Part shown: positions 63,509 through 64,000 of the stretch, in pieces
How positions within the stretch are numbered: the stretch's first letter is position 1
Layout of the letters: each line of letters begins with the position of its first letter
Origin: Methanobacteriota archaeon
GTDB lineage: Archaea; Thermoplasmatota; Poseidoniia; Poseidoniales; Thalassarchaeaceae
Length of the DNA stretch: 64,000 bases
NCBI GenBank assembly: GCA_019654055.1
Contig: BPDA01000001.1
Coordinates: forward strand, 17,938 to 81,937
Direction of reading: 5' to 3'
Translations under genes and position numbers: made by a program
The notes under the pieces: generated by a model
Seen by the model: the letters and a program-made list of their open reading frames with translations, nothing else
Told to the model about the DNA's origin: nothing
Databases searched by the model: none

Positions 63509-64000
63509 TCAGTCCCTCATCAACCGCTTCAACCTAGCTTCAAAGTCATCCTCGTCGGGGCTTTCCGGGGCAGGCTTGGGAGTTTGCAACTCCTCCTCTT
63601 CCTCCTCGTCCGGAAGGACATCTTCCTCCTCGACGACTTCCCTAGCGACCTTCTCGTGGACCATCTTCTCCTCGGCAGCGGCCATGGCCATCTCCATCAG
63701 CTCCTTACCCTCTCGATAGTTCCTCACCATCCATGCCAGAGCCACGGACACCCCGATGACTAGCAAAGCCGCGGCCAGGGAGGTCCCCATGTCGTTGTAC
63801 TTGCTCGGATCCGTCTGACCTCCCGAGAGGATTATCCTGCTCTCGTCATCGCTTGGGTCCGAATCGACGTCCCATGGGAAGGCGCAGCCAATAGTCACCA
63901 CGACCTCGTCCCCGTCCTCGGCTGACCCTGGGCGATCCATCCCCACGGTCGGGGAGAATGTCCCTGTCAGGTCGACTCGATGCGTCATCGAGTGATCTCC
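63509..64000 (-). CDS. C-terminal part of a membrane-anchored surface protein; 5' end outside the window
   Basis: Frame open to the window edge; CARDB-like DSDPSDD, TM helix, acidic tail ending DDFEARLKRLMRD. Confidence 0.7.
   Translation of the reverse strand, partial: GDHSMTHRVDLTGTFSPTVGMDRPGSAEDGDEVVVTIGCAFPWDVDSDPSDDESRIILSGGQTDPSKYNDMGTSLAAALLVIGVSVALAWMVRNYREGKELMEMAMAAAEEKMVHEKVAREVVEEEDVLPDEEEEEELQTPKPAPESPDEDDFEARLKRLMRD

Overview
High-GC archaeal chromosomal window. The gene set (aRF1, aIF2-beta, Trm56, class I LysRS, NOG1, PyrE-like/GfcR, GGAGGTGA-type RBSs, bacterial-like BCKDH/lipoate, folate and ArgRS genes, giant acidic surface proteins) fits Marine Group II Euryarchaeota (Poseidoniales); this is inferred, not searched. 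Many conserved genes carry single-base frameshifts, most likely long-read or low-coverage errors, so several ORF-track fusions and truncations are artefacts. Most of the window is housekeeping: Mo-oxidoreductase/FeS-NrfD, carAB, lysS, pyrH, prf1, argS, bkd-lip cluster, tRNA-Leu(TAA), XPD-like helicase, gdhA, purC. Best leads: (1) a polar amino-acid ABC locus beside gdhA with an apparently circularly permuted, C-terminally anchored binding protein and a permease fused to a BNR/YCF48-like beta-propeller; (2) a ~2 kb AT-rich islet between carB and lysS with an HTH gene, two tandem Regnase/Zc3h12a-like NYN genes (one hidden by frameshifts) and a tiny basic protein; (3) a ~9 kb Ca-repeat/transglutaminase/Ig/DUF4129 giant gene with an altered catalytic triad; (4) a receiver-PEP-synthase-like protein near gdhA; (5) an unannotated 39-aa Zn-ribbon microprotein. 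All family calls come from motif recognition by eye.
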